Part shown: one piece after another, positions 44,201 to 54,564 of the stretch
Layout: each line of letters starts with the position of its first letter
Position numbering within the stretch: the first letter of the stretch is position 1
IMG/VR virus record: IMGVR_UViG_3300010403_000705
Coordinates: 124,001-188,000 of that record
Direction: 5' to 3' (one strand)
DNA: 64,000 nt
Made by a program: the position numbers and the translations under genes
Notes under the pieces: model-generated
Database searches by the model: none
Seen by the model: only the letters and a program-made list of their open reading frames with translations
What the model was told of the DNA's origin: nothing

Positions 44201-46357
44201 ATGCCAGATAATGTACCTACAACAACAGAACTAGCAGCCACCGCAGATGCTGCTACCAAAACAGCACAAGCCTTAGATGCATTATCTATATCTTCTGCCC
44301 AATCTGGTGATAGTTTAAATAATTTAGGAGAATTCACTAGTAATACTAAAAACGCTTTTAATGCATTTAATACTACTTTGTCTGCCTATGGTGTATCACT
44401 TAATAATTCCATGGCATTAACAGAAAAACAAACTACTCAATTTGGATTGTTAAGTGCTGCTGTATTAGGAGCTAGAACTTCTTTTAATACTTTACATAAT
44501 ATTGATGTAGGTGGTTTAAATACATTTGTTGATCAGATAGGATATCTAACAGAGACATTTACGGATGCGAAAAGTGGAATTGGTCAATTAGTAAATTTTG
44601 CTCAACAAGCTTTTGGAAGAATGGTCCCACAAACTATAATTTCACAAGGCTTAAGTGCTGTCAAAAATTTTGTGATAAATTTGGCTCAAAGTGCTGATAA
44701 TGCTTTAAGATTACAGAATGCGTATATTCAATTATCTGCTAGAACAGGTAATTTATCAGAAGTATATGCAGCAGCGGGTCCCAATCTTGAAAATTTAAAT
44801 ACGTTATTAGAAAAACAAACTGCACTTGTTGCAAATGCAATAAAAACTACCGGACTAGGACCAGAAGTTGTGCAAAGTTATTATGCACAATTAGGAACAA
44901 TACCTAAAGCATTGGAAGCAACAGTGACTAGTAGTGATAGTGCTTCAGAAACAATTAGTTTACTTACTGCTAGTATTAAAATAGCAAGTGGTACAGGACG
45001 CAATTATGTTGATATCATAGAAGACATGAAAGTTGCATTTAAGGATTATAATTTGACTGGTGAAGAAGCCTTGAAATTTACTTCTCGTATGACTGAAATT
45101 AGTAATAAATTTGGCACTAACCTTGATGTAGTAAGAGATTCTTTAAGAGGCACTGCTGGTGTTTTCAAAATGTTTGGCAATGAAGCTGAAGCATCATCTA
45201 GAATATTGAATAATTATGTTGGAGCATTACAATCAACTGGGTTAAGTGGTGATGCTGCAGTAGAAGTAGTTACTGATATGACACGTGCTATAGGGAATTT
45301 AGGTATAGCCCAAAAGGCATTTCTGTCTGCTCAAACTGGTGGTCCAGGTGGTTTAATGGGAGCATTCCAAATAGAAAAAATGATGCGTGAAGGTAAGATA
45401 GATGAAGTATTTGAAAAAGTAAGAACACAAATGCAAAAGCAATTTGGACAAATAGTTACTCTAGATGATGCCTCATCAAATCCAGCAGCAGCAGCTCAAA
45501 TGACCAAACAAATGATGATTTTAAGACAGGGACCATTAGGGCAATTTGCAAAATCTGATCAAGAAGCTATAAGGATATTAGAAGGTTTTAAAAATAGACA
45601 AGAAAGAAAAACAGTCACTGATCTTTCTAGTAGAATTGTACAAGACAATATGAGTAAAGGTACTCTACTACAAGAAAAATCATATACAGAACTAAGTAGA
45701 ATACGTGGTATTTTAGAAGGAGCGAGAGGTGTGGCTGATATTAGTAATTTAGGGTTTATGCAAAAAAGTTTAACAGCTGGTATGGGTATAGAAGGTCAAT
45801 TATCAGAAGCACAAAGAAAATCTAAGGATAACTTATCTTTATTTATGACTAGTAGTGGTGTTGCTGGCGGCGCTACAGCACAGGATTATGCCAGAGATAT
45901 TAAAACTAGAGCGCCAATTGCAGATGCAGGTAAAAGAGCCGCCTCTTCTATTACAGAATTTTATAAATTATTTGGTGATATTCCAGAAAGTATGAAAGCG
46001 CCTTTGGACGCCTTAACACAAGCAATGGAATCTGGTAAAATCATTAACAAATCTACCGAATTACAGTTAAAAGAAGATGTAGAAAAAATAAAAACAGACT
46101 CCAAAAAATTACCAGGAGATTATGCATCCTCAAGATCTGTAGGTGCTGCAGTAAGTCGAGCTACTAATATATCTAGTTTGCAAAGAATTAATTTAGCTCC
46201 CTCTAATTCTTTTGTGACCCCAAGTAATGGAAATAACTTAGAAAAACTAGGTGATATTAATGTACATGTTACAGGATATTGTATAAAATGTAAACAAGAA
46301 ATTGAGGGCGGACAACAAGCTGCTGCTGTAAATCCAGCAGGCGTAAGAAATTATTAA
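44201..46357 (+). CDS. tape measure protein
   Basis: 718 aa, Ala/Gly/Thr-rich helical, directly after the chaperone pair. Confidence 0.85.
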   Translation: MPDNVPTTTELAATADAATKTAQALDALSISSAQSGDSLNNLGEFTSNTKNAFNAFNTTLSAYGVSLNNSMALTEKQTTQFGLLSAAVLGARTSFNTLHNIDVGGLNTFVDQIGYLTETFTDAKSGIGQLVNFAQQAFGRMVPQTIISQGLSAVKNFVINLAQSADNALRLQNAYIQLSARTGNLSEVYAAAGPNLENLNTLLEKQTALVANAIKTTGLGPEVVQSYYAQLGTIPKALEATVTSSDSASETISLLTASIKIASGTGRNYVDIIEDMKVAFKDYNLTGEEALKFTSRMTEISNKFGTNLDVVRDSLRGTAGVFKMFGNEAEASSRILNNYVGALQSTGLSGDAAVEVVTDMTRAIGNLGIAQKAFLSAQTGGPGGLMGAFQIEKMMREGKIDEVFEKVRTQMQKQFGQIVTLDDASSNPAAAAQMTKQMMILRQGPLGQFAKSDQEAIRILEGFKNRQERKTVTDLSSRIVQDNMSKGTLLQEKSYTELSRIRGILEGARGVADISNLGFMQKSLTAGMGIEGQLSEAQRKSKDNLSLFMTSSGVAGGATAQDYARDIKTRAPIADAGKRAASSITEFYKLFGDIPESMKAPLDALTQAMESGKIINKSTELQLKEDVEKIKTDSKKLPGDYASSRSVGAAVSRATNISSLQRINLAPSNSFVTPSNGNNLEKLGDINVHVTGYCIKCKQEIEGGQQAAAVNPAGVRNY

Positions 46358-46369
46358 GGACCAATTGTT

Positions 46370-47230
46370 ATGGCAATAGATGATATTACTACAATTATTA
46401 AAGATATAAATTCTGTACAAAATGCATTAAATGGCGATTCGTTGTTAAGTGAAGATCAAGTTCAGCAATTTAAATCGGATGGTTTTTTATTGCCCGCTAC
46501 CTTCTCCGCTGACGGGACTGGTTTACCTTCAAATAAAATTACTTCATATAGAGATGGACAGCTCAGAAGAAATATTATAACATGGTTTGTTCCACAATTT
46601 GGTATAATAAGAATGTATGTAAATCCAAACTCTATTAGTTATAATCATAAAAAATTAATTAATAAAGATAGAACCAAAGGAGGATATACTTTACAATATT
46701 GGGGGGAAGAATTAGACACCATTAATATTTCTGGTACTACTGGTGCTGCTGGTATTGAAGGAATTAATGTATTATACGAAATATATAGAGCTGAACAATA
46801 TGCGTTTGATGGTTCAGCATTAACTTTGTCTGCTAATAATACTTCAACTTCTTTATCTAGTACTTTTTCTAATGTAGGTCAATCTATAGGTGGATCTGTA
46901 GGAGGGGTAATAGGAAACGTTATTGGAAGTGTTTTAGGTATAGATCCTATAAATAGTAATTTAGCTGTACAAAATATTCCATCACTAGCTCAACTAGCAT
47001 TTACTGTTGAAATGTATTATAATGGTTGGGTATATAGAGGATATTTTGATAATATGACCATAAATGAAAAAGCTGATAATTTTCTAATGGAATATCAAAT
47101 AACATTTATAGCCACACAAAGAAGAGGTTATAGAATCAATTATTTTCCTTGGGCAAAAAGTGCAACTAATGGTCCAAGTCAATACAATTCTCCACAATCA
47201 TTTTCAGGCAATGTAAATTCAGGATTTTAA
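46370..47230 (+). CDS. tail tube initiator / baseplate tube-like protein
   Basis: 286 aa after TMP; MYVNPNSISY...LQYWGEELDTINISGTTG...YRGYF...YQITF tube-fold pattern. Confidence 0.65.
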   Translation: MAIDDITTIIKDINSVQNALNGDSLLSEDQVQQFKSDGFLLPATFSADGTGLPSNKITSYRDGQLRRNIITWFVPQFGIIRMYVNPNSISYNHKKLINKDRTKGGYTLQYWGEELDTINISGTTGAAGIEGINVLYEIYRAEQYAFDGSALTLSANNTSTSLSSTFSNVGQSIGGSVGGVIGNVIGSVLGIDPINSNLAVQNIPSLAQLAFTVEMYYNGWVYRGYFDNMTINEKADNFLMEYQITFIATQRRGYRINYFPWAKSATNGPSQYNSPQSFSGNVNSGF

Positions 47231-50200
47231 ATGAGTTTTTTAGGTAATTTAGCAGGACAAATAGATAGTCAATTTTTAACTGGTGAAAACAACAATCATG
47301 TTTTGGACTCCATAGTAGGTGGGCAAAATATTAAATATGGATCCTTAGGAGATTTTGCGTCTAAGTTTGATCAGTCTGCACAACGTAAATATGTAGAAGA
47401 AGGTTATTTAAGGAGAGATCCTTATAATGTGGATCCAAAACAATTCGAAGTTTTATTCCAAGAACCCAATGCTAGCATTTTAATTAAAAAAAGAATGTTT
47501 TCATCCATAGCTGAAAATTTCAGACCAGACTTCATGGATCAGGATGAAAAATTATATTATAGAGCTATGAAATTTCTATTTCAAAATAAATGTAGAGTAA
47601 TAGCTGCATTGGAAAAATTATCTAAAATACAGAAAGTAACTTCTAGTATTGGTACAATTAGTGATCAATTAATTCCTATTATTGCCACCTTATCAGATGT
47701 CATCAATAACAATTCTGGAAATTTTTTTAGCTCGCTTAGTGGTGGTGGATTGGGCGGAACTACAGATGCTAGTCAATTAGCAAAAGTCATGGATAAAGTA
47801 AGAAGATTATATGGATTTAATAATGGCAACAATGTTACTACATGGATAACTGATAGTACTAATTTATTTCAGTCTCAATTTGGTCAGGGTACGGGTGTTA
47901 TAGAAATTACTAATTTTATGAATTTAAATACCAACGTCTCTGTAGAGGGTATTAAAAACCCTGGATCATTTAGTGTATCCATCAGTGACCCGTATGAATC
48001 TATGTTAATAACAGATTGGGATATAGAAAAAGCTATCAGTGATGCTACTAATATGTTTTTCAATCACGGTATTTTTCAATTTGGAAAACAAGAAATAGAA
48101 CAATCAATTAATGATTTGCAAAATAAATTAAATACAATGAGATCATTACGAGGTGTAAGCAGTATATCTTTTAATATAAGTCCTGATACATTATTAGGAA
48201 AAAGAGTAACGGCTATTATAGATCGTATAGGTATAGAATTAATTTTTGATTATAATTCTGGTTTTGGTGGTTTAGGTAATAGTGTAGAAGTAGGAGTAGA
48301 TTATTTACAAGGAGGCGCTATTGCGGGTGTAGATGGATTGAGTACTAAATTTGGAATTACAAATAATAATGTTAAGCAACTAATTCCTGATACAGAATTA
48401 TCAGTTTTTAGAAATTTAGTTTCTTCTATTTATACTAAAATTCAATTAGATGCTAATTCTAAGAACTCTTTTCAAATTGCTAATAAAAATACCAACTACG
48501 CTAGAAAAAAAATGAGATTTAACTTCTCCGGACATTTAATTATTGAATCTATGGATGTGATTCATGTATACATTAATAGTAAAAGCAGATTTGATAACAA
48601 ATTACTCTCTGGCTTGCAAACTATGTTCACTGGTGTAGGTGTCTTGCAAAATTTAAACAATACCGTAACAAATTTAAATAATGCAGTAGGTGCATTATTT
48701 AATCCGTCTAGTAATATTAATTTGCAGGCTGAAAAATCTGCTTTTGTTGGCGAAGATTTTCCTAACTATTTATGGTTATCACTAAGAGGACAATTTATAA
48801 ATGAGAAAGAAGGAACACACGTTTTTGCTGGCTTGGTAGATAATGCTACTGATTCATGGTCTGATGGAAAATTCACAGTTGATGTTAGGGGTCGAGATAA
48901 TACTGCTTATTTTGATCAAGGCAAAGTTAATTTTAAACCTGGAGTTGATTCTTTTAATGGCGCTATTTTTGATCCTCTGACGCCATTTAAATCCAATTTT
49001 GATACTATCACTAGTAATGCTAAAGATGATAGACCACAATTGTTAGATGAAAATATAGCAATCCTTGGTACTTCTCAAGATAAAAAAGGTTTATTAAAAT
49101 CTAAAGCCGGACCTAATGCAGGACAGAAAATAACTAGTGATTCTTTTTTTCAAGGAATATTAGTCGATCCCAATACCGGAAATGTAAGCAAAGAAGTTTT
49201 CGCTCCTGATGGATTAGTGTATAAATGGAAAGAAGGCATTGGAGTATTTGTACAATTTGGTAATTCATTAGATTTAAATGATCCAAATAAAGTTGGTAAT
49301 CCAAATATTGCTAAAGAACCCTTCGCTGGTCAAGATATAATGAATGTTATTTCATTACTAATAACTGGTCAACCATATAATTACGCTAATTATTGGAAAG
49401 CTGCATCTAACATAGATGGCATTGGAAGAGACTTGCAAAGTCAACAAGATGCCGCTTATTCATATACCGCTTCCTTAAAAAATGATTTGGTTAAAAACAA
49501 CACATTATGGGGTAATTTTATTCCGTTCAAGAATTTAGTAATTGATGAACAGAGCTTTGCTCTCGCTATGCAGTCACAGTTTAGAATAATTCAAAAGAAT
49601 AGAGAATTAGATGCTAAGATACAAAAATTAGCAGATTTAAATAGAGAGGCATCTTTGTTTGGGGCGGTGACCGCATTTTCAAATATTAACAATGGATTTA
49701 ATCCTCAATTATTAGAAGTAAGAGCACAATTAAATAGTCTAGAAGAATCAATTCAAAATGATATTAATAGTATCCAAAAAGAAGATTCTGATTTTAATCA
49801 ATTAGCTGCTGCGTCTGGACCAGACGCCACATTTGATTTTTCTAACACAGACAATTCTAACAAAATTAATATATCTTCTTCTGATCCAAATATTAGAAGA
49901 GAGCTTAGAAGGAAACTTAATTTCTTAACTAGACGTATGTCATATAATATTAGATCAAATGAAGATAAGAATTTATTTATAGTAGATGATTTTTATGATA
50001 AAGATTATGACATTTTAGCATACGAACAATCATTAACTGATGGTATTAGATTATATAATAGTGAGTTTACATCTATTAGAGAAAAAATAATCAATACCTC
50101 TGACTTATTAAACTTAGAAGTTTTTGCAGACACTCAGGGACACATAAGAGTGCGTCCACCTCAATATAATAGAATGCCAAGTTCCGTTTTTTATAGAATG

Positions 50201-52171
50201 ATGTATCTGAAACAAGCTTATGGAATTCAGATTTTTCCTGAATTTTTATCAGATTTATTTGGCAATCAAATAGATACCCTAAGAAAAAGAATAGAGATAT
50301 TAGAAGACTTGGTAAGGCTGGACTGTGCCATTCTTAATCATACTACTGATGACGATGCTACTAAATTTATTTTATCTGGAGGCATAACTGATGGTACAGG
50401 CGCTTCATTTAGTTTTATTTCTGATGATAGCGGGCTTATAACAGATATCAATCAATTAATAAATTCTTCCAAAGAAAATCCAGACACTTCTGTACAAGAC
50501 TTTATCTCTTTGTTAGAAGGACAAGTAAAATCTACTAAAAATGTATTTAGCAATTCTCAAAAATATTCTGAAATAGTTAAACAGCTAATGGCACAAGGAT
50601 TGGGCTTACAAGGATACTCAGTACAAGATATTTTTACGCCTAGCAATGATACATATATTCAAAAACTAATAAATAGAATTCAAACAAAATCAGGTCAAAG
50701 AATAGATAAAAGAGATTATATATCTAATAATACAGATGGATTAAAAGATGTTGTTGTGCCACTTGCACAAACTATAGATGTTTTTAAAGTAACCAAAGAA
50801 TTACAGGAAAAATTACAGGAAAGACAAAAAGTAATTAAATTATTTTATTCAGCTATAAAAAATACCACAGAATTTAAATCTTTAGACGAACAAAGTGATG
50901 TTACAGGTAATCAATTATTAGCTCCTGGAATCTTCGGAAATTCTAATGTACCAGAAATTTATGAACATATGATTGAAGATGAAACATATGATGATTATGG
51001 TCCAGGTTCTGGAGCTAGGTTTATAATTAAAAGATCACAAATAAGAAATATACAAGTTACCATAAATCCCCCAGATTTTACTATGGTAGAAGTACAAGGA
51101 GTACTAAATCCTTTTGCTCCTAATGCATTACCAGAAGGTTTAAATTCTTTTCCAGATAATGGAAATGGATTAGTTACTGCTGTAGCAGTAGATTATGATT
51201 CATGGAGAAACTATGGATTCAAAAACGCTTCTACAATTAGAGTGCCATTTTTAAGTGATCCTAATTCGCAGTGTGCGCCTTATGCTAGTATGATTTTAAG
51301 TAGAAATAGAAAAAATATTATAAGAGCAACGGTTACCATATCTGGGAACGAATTTATGCAACCAGGAGAAGTAGTTTATTTACAGGATAGACAATTATTA
51401 TTTTATGTCTCGTCTGTTAAACATAATTTTGGATTTGGAAGTGGTTTTACTACTACATTAGATTTATCTTATGGACATTCCCCTGGAGAATACATACCAA
51501 CTACAATGGATGTCATTGGAAAAATGATTTATAATAATAAAGATGTAGCCGGCTATACCATACAAAGACAAAGTAATTCTGGGAATGAAAATAATTTAGG
51601 AGTTATTATTAAAGATACAAATGGGAATGCATCTTTATCATTAGATAATGCTAAAACTCCCCCTAATTCTTTTAGCACATTTAATAGTCAAACTTTAAAT
51701 AATATATTATATACAGCTGCTTATACAATTAATTCTAATAACACTAAAGGTAATAATATTATTGCCAATGTAGAATTAAGAATATATCATGATAATTCTA
51801 GTACTTTGAATAATGATTTAAACAAATTTGCCGACGAGATTAGAAACATTTTGACGGACCAAAGAAATTCTCCTGATAATCCAGTAAATAATCAAAAATT
51901 TCCAAAAGAAAATGTAAAAATAGTTATTGTTAATTTAGATAGTGAAATAGATAGAAGATCGCCGTCTCAAAAAGCTATTGATGCTGCACGCAATCAGATA
52001 GCTCTCAATAGCACAACTTCTGATTTATCTTTTGGTTCAGATACTACTACTCCAACTGCGGGAGTCGATAAAATTAGAAAATCTTTATTTAGTTATATAG
52101 TTGATTGTTGGTTAATTTTTCAACAAGTAGATGCCAATATTTCTACCTCCGAAAATAGTAGTGGGTCCTAA
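47231..52171 (+). CDS. baseplate hub protein (gp27/gpD-like) with large insertions
   Basis: 1646 aa; VFAGLVD...TVDVRGRD, LEVFADTQGHIRVRPP, ATVTISGNEFMQPGEVVYL...YVSSVKHNF...FTTTLDL hub motifs. Confidence 0.7.
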   Translation: MSFLGNLAGQIDSQFLTGENNNHVLDSIVGGQNIKYGSLGDFASKFDQSAQRKYVEEGYLRRDPYNVDPKQFEVLFQEPNASILIKKRMFSSIAENFRPDFMDQDEKLYYRAMKFLFQNKCRVIAALEKLSKIQKVTSSIGTISDQLIPIIATLSDVINNNSGNFFSSLSGGGLGGTTDASQLAKVMDKVRRLYGFNNGNNVTTWITDSTNLFQSQFGQGTGVIEITNFMNLNTNVSVEGIKNPGSFSVSISDPYESMLITDWDIEKAISDATNMFFNHGIFQFGKQEIEQSINDLQNKLNTMRSLRGVSSISFNISPDTLLGKRVTAIIDRIGIELIFDYNSGFGGLGNSVEVGVDYLQGGAIAGVDGLSTKFGITNNNVKQLIPDTELSVFRNLVSSIYTKIQLDANSKNSFQIANKNTNYARKKMRFNFSGHLIIESMDVIHVYINSKSRFDNKLLSGLQTMFTGVGVLQNLNNTVTNLNNAVGALFNPSSNINLQAEKSAFVGEDFPNYLWLSLRGQFINEKEGTHVFAGLVDNATDSWSDGKFTVDVRGRDNTAYFDQGKVNFKPGVDSFNGAIFDPLTPFKSNFDTITSNAKDDRPQLLDENIAILGTSQDKKGLLKSKAGPNAGQKITSDSFFQGILVDPNTGNVSKEVFAPDGLVYKWKEGIGVFVQFGNSLDLNDPNKVGNPNIAKEPFAGQDIMNVISLLITGQPYNYANYWKAASNIDGIGRDLQSQQDAAYSYTASLKNDLVKNNTLWGNFIPFKNLVIDEQSFALAMQSQFRIIQKNRELDAKIQKLADLNREASLFGAVTAFSNINNGFNPQLLEVRAQLNSLEESIQNDINSIQKEDSDFNQLAAASGPDATFDFSNTDNSNKINISSSDPNIRRELRRKLNFLTRRMSYNIRSNEDKNLFIVDDFYDKDYDILAYEQSLTDGIRLYNSEFTSIREKIINTSDLLNLEVFADTQGHIRVRPPQYNRMPSSVFYRMMYLKQAYGIQIFPEFLSDLFGNQIDTLRKRIEILEDLVRLDCAILNHTTDDDATKFILSGGITDGTGASFSFISDDSGLITDINQLINSSKENPDTSVQDFISLLEGQVKSTKNVFSNSQKYSEIVKQLMAQGLGLQGYSVQDIFTPSNDTYIQKLINRIQTKSGQRIDKRDYISNNTDGLKDVVVPLAQTIDVFKVTKELQEKLQERQKVIKLFYSAIKNTTEFKSLDEQSDVTGNQLLAPGIFGNSNVPEIYEHMIEDETYDDYGPGSGARFIIKRSQIRNIQVTINPPDFTMVEVQGVLNPFAPNALPEGLNSFPDNGNGLVTAVAVDYDSWRNYGFKNASTIRVPFLSDPNSQCAPYASMILSRNRKNIIRATVTISGNEFMQPGEVVYLQDRQLLFYVSSVKHNFGFGSGFTTTLDLSYGHSPGEYIPTTMDVIGKMIYNNKDVAGYTIQRQSNSGNENNLGVIIKDTNGNASLSLDNAKTPPNSFSTFNSQTLNNILYTAAYTINSNNTKGNNIIANVELRIYHDNSSTLNNDLNKFADEIRNILTDQRNSPDNPVNNQKFPKENVKIVIVNLDSEIDRRSPSQKAIDAARNQIALNSTTSDLSFGSDTTTPTAGVDKIRKSLFSYIVDCWLIFQQVDANISTSENSSGS

Positions 52172-52174
52172 ATC

Positions 52175-54187
52175 ATGGTTAATAATCATATATTTGATGA
52201 ACAAGTAGGTCTTTTAAAAACAGGGGCTATTGTTGGATATGACTCTGCCAAAGGTGTACTTAAAGTTAGATTAAATAACGTTATTTCTATTAAAGGACAA
52301 GCACAACCTATAGATGTCCCAGCTCCTCATTCTTTATTTTATAACAATGGATTATTCATTGGTAGTTACCCAGTTTCTGGCACCCCTATTGTTGTAGGTC
52401 AAGGTAGTGGTGGTCAATATTATTTTGTGTCATTCTTGGCTGAAAATTTACCAGAGGTGCCAGAATTACATATCGGTGAGTTGCTAATTAAAACAAACAC
52501 TAATACACAGATATCACTTAATTTAAATAATGATATTAGTATTGGATCATCTGATAACAAAATACATATAAATACAAAATCTAATTTAATTACTACCAAT
52601 TTTTATAATGAAAATCATTTTACACAAGCTAGCAGAAAAATTGAAGGTTTAGTTAAAAGAGATTTAAAGATTAATTCTAATTTTGATCAGGAATCAAAAT
52701 TAGAAAATGATACGTATGATTCTAGGTTTTATCTTATTGGATTAGATCCTACGGTAAGTCCAAATCCAATAATAACAGGTTCTGGTAAAAATCCTCCATT
52801 AGTAGAACAAAGAGAATTAATTTATGAATTTCAATATTCATCAGAAGTTAATGATGATCTATCAGAATCGACTCTATATGGAAATACTAAACCGCCTGCT
52901 ACTTCTTTTACTTTCCCGAATCGTAGAAAAAGTAGATCGGATACATTGAGTTTAACTTTAGCTGCCCCAAATTATTTAATGGAAACCATTAAAGGCACTG
53001 TGGTAGATATTTTCGGTAACATTCTAGATATAAATAGAACTCCTTTATCTGTAGGCAAAGATCAAAATACTTTACGAGCTACTACAAGTATAGACAAAGT
53101 TAAATCATATCAATTAATAAAAGAATTAGAAAGGAAAAGTATAGCATTTCATTTTGAATTGAATGCTAGAAAAGATTTAACTGGTTTAGATGGTAAGATA
53201 TCCCTGCCAGATATTAATTCTAACGCTGATTATGCACGAAATAGAAGTCGTTTTTTCTTTGATATTGACAAAGAAGGTGTGTTTAAATTAAATGGTCCCG
53301 CTTCCAGTGAAAAAGGTAATATACCATTACTAACAAGATATGAAAATTATTCTACTTTTGGAACAGAAGATAATAATAATCCTAACAAACTAATTTTTAG
53401 AGATGATAATTTAGACATATTTCAAGACTCTTTTGCAGCCCCAAATTTTAATATTAGTAATGGTTTATTTTCTGAGAATAAAGGCTCGATAAATTTAGAT
53501 AATAATGGTGCGAACGGCGCTCCTTTAGATAGAATAACTAATGCTCATATAAAACACGGCACTGCTTATCATGATATTTTAGCAACTTGTTATGCTCATC
53601 AAAAATCAGATTTTTTAAAGTATGTTGGTGATGATCAAAATCCAGTTTTCAGTAAAAATGCAATTGATAAAATTCCAGTTATCAATCATATTGCTAAGGA
53701 AACAATCACAATTAGTGGTGATAATGCAAATGCTGGAGGACGTAGTGGCTCTGTGAGTTTTGATGGCTCTATAGATTTTAATATAGGTGCTAATACTTCT
53801 GATAGACATTCATTATGGATTGATACTGCTGGTGCAGTAGTTGCTAATGTAGGACGAGATATTAATAACATGAGCGCCGCATTATCTATGAATGGAGATA
53901 CGTTTGTGCAAGTTGGTGGTATAGGAGTATCTACTGATAGTAGATTTACAAAACAGAATAATGGTCATATTGGTGCAGTTTTAGATATTAGGGTGTTTAA
54001 TTCTGGATTAAGAGTAACTATGATAAGAATAGATGATGAAGGGATAAAAATTTTAACACCAGGTAATTTATCGATTCATGCTGGACAAAACATGCGCATA
54101 TCAGCGGATGCTGATATCACTATGGAATGTGAAACATTAACTGTACAAGGTAGAATGGTTTTGAAAGAGTTCGGAGGATCTATATGA
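52175..54187 (+). CDS. baseplate central spike (gp5/gpV-like)
   Basis: 670 aa after hub; N-terminal OB-fold-like GAIVGYD..KGVLKVRL; C-terminal beta-helix-like NLSIHAGQNMRISADADITMECETLTVQG. Confidence 0.65.
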   Translation: MVNNHIFDEQVGLLKTGAIVGYDSAKGVLKVRLNNVISIKGQAQPIDVPAPHSLFYNNGLFIGSYPVSGTPIVVGQGSGGQYYFVSFLAENLPEVPELHIGELLIKTNTNTQISLNLNNDISIGSSDNKIHINTKSNLITTNFYNENHFTQASRKIEGLVKRDLKINSNFDQESKLENDTYDSRFYLIGLDPTVSPNPIITGSGKNPPLVEQRELIYEFQYSSEVNDDLSESTLYGNTKPPATSFTFPNRRKSRSDTLSLTLAAPNYLMETIKGTVVDIFGNILDINRTPLSVGKDQNTLRATTSIDKVKSYQLIKELERKSIAFHFELNARKDLTGLDGKISLPDINSNADYARNRSRFFFDIDKEGVFKLNGPASSEKGNIPLLTRYENYSTFGTEDNNNPNKLIFRDDNLDIFQDSFAAPNFNISNGLFSENKGSINLDNNGANGAPLDRITNAHIKHGTAYHDILATCYAHQKSDFLKYVGDDQNPVFSKNAIDKIPVINHIAKETITISGDNANAGGRSGSVSFDGSIDFNIGANTSDRHSLWIDTAGAVVANVGRDINNMSAALSMNGDTFVQVGGIGVSTDSRFTKQNNGHIGAVLDIRVFNSGLRVTMIRIDDEGIKILTPGNLSIHAGQNMRISADADITMECETLTVQGRMVLKEFGGSI

Positions 54188-54540
54188 TTAAATTAAATAA
54201 TACTATTTATAATAAAATGCAATTGCAGTCTGAAGAGGCTAAAGAGCAAGGTCTATTGAAATTGGCTGAATCAGTTAAAAATGCTATAGGTGATTCATAT
54301 AATATGGATCATAAATTAGAGTATTCATCTGAAGATTTAGATAAACAAATACATCGATATCTATGGAAGATTGCTACTACTTTAACAGCATTTCATAATT
54401 TAGAAAGTATAGATATAGAGAAAGTTGATAAAACTTTAATTTCTTGGGCAGATAAAATAGTAAATGATTTAGAAAAAACATTACAAATACCAAATACAAT
54501 AAAAGGTCCTTTGGAACCTAAGTTACCGGGTGAAGAATAA
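54184..54540 (+). CDS. small helical hypothetical protein
   Basis: 118 aa; EEAKEQGLLKLAESV resembles the helical motif of head-region proteins. Confidence 0.65.
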   Translation: MIKLNNTIYNKMQLQSEEAKEQGLLKLAESVKNAIGDSYNMDHKLEYSSEDLDKQIHRYLWKIATTLTAFHNLESIDIEKVDKTLISWADKIVNDLEKTLQIPNTIKGPLEPKLPGEE

Positions 54541-54564
54541 GTTGATATATAACAAATTACCAAT

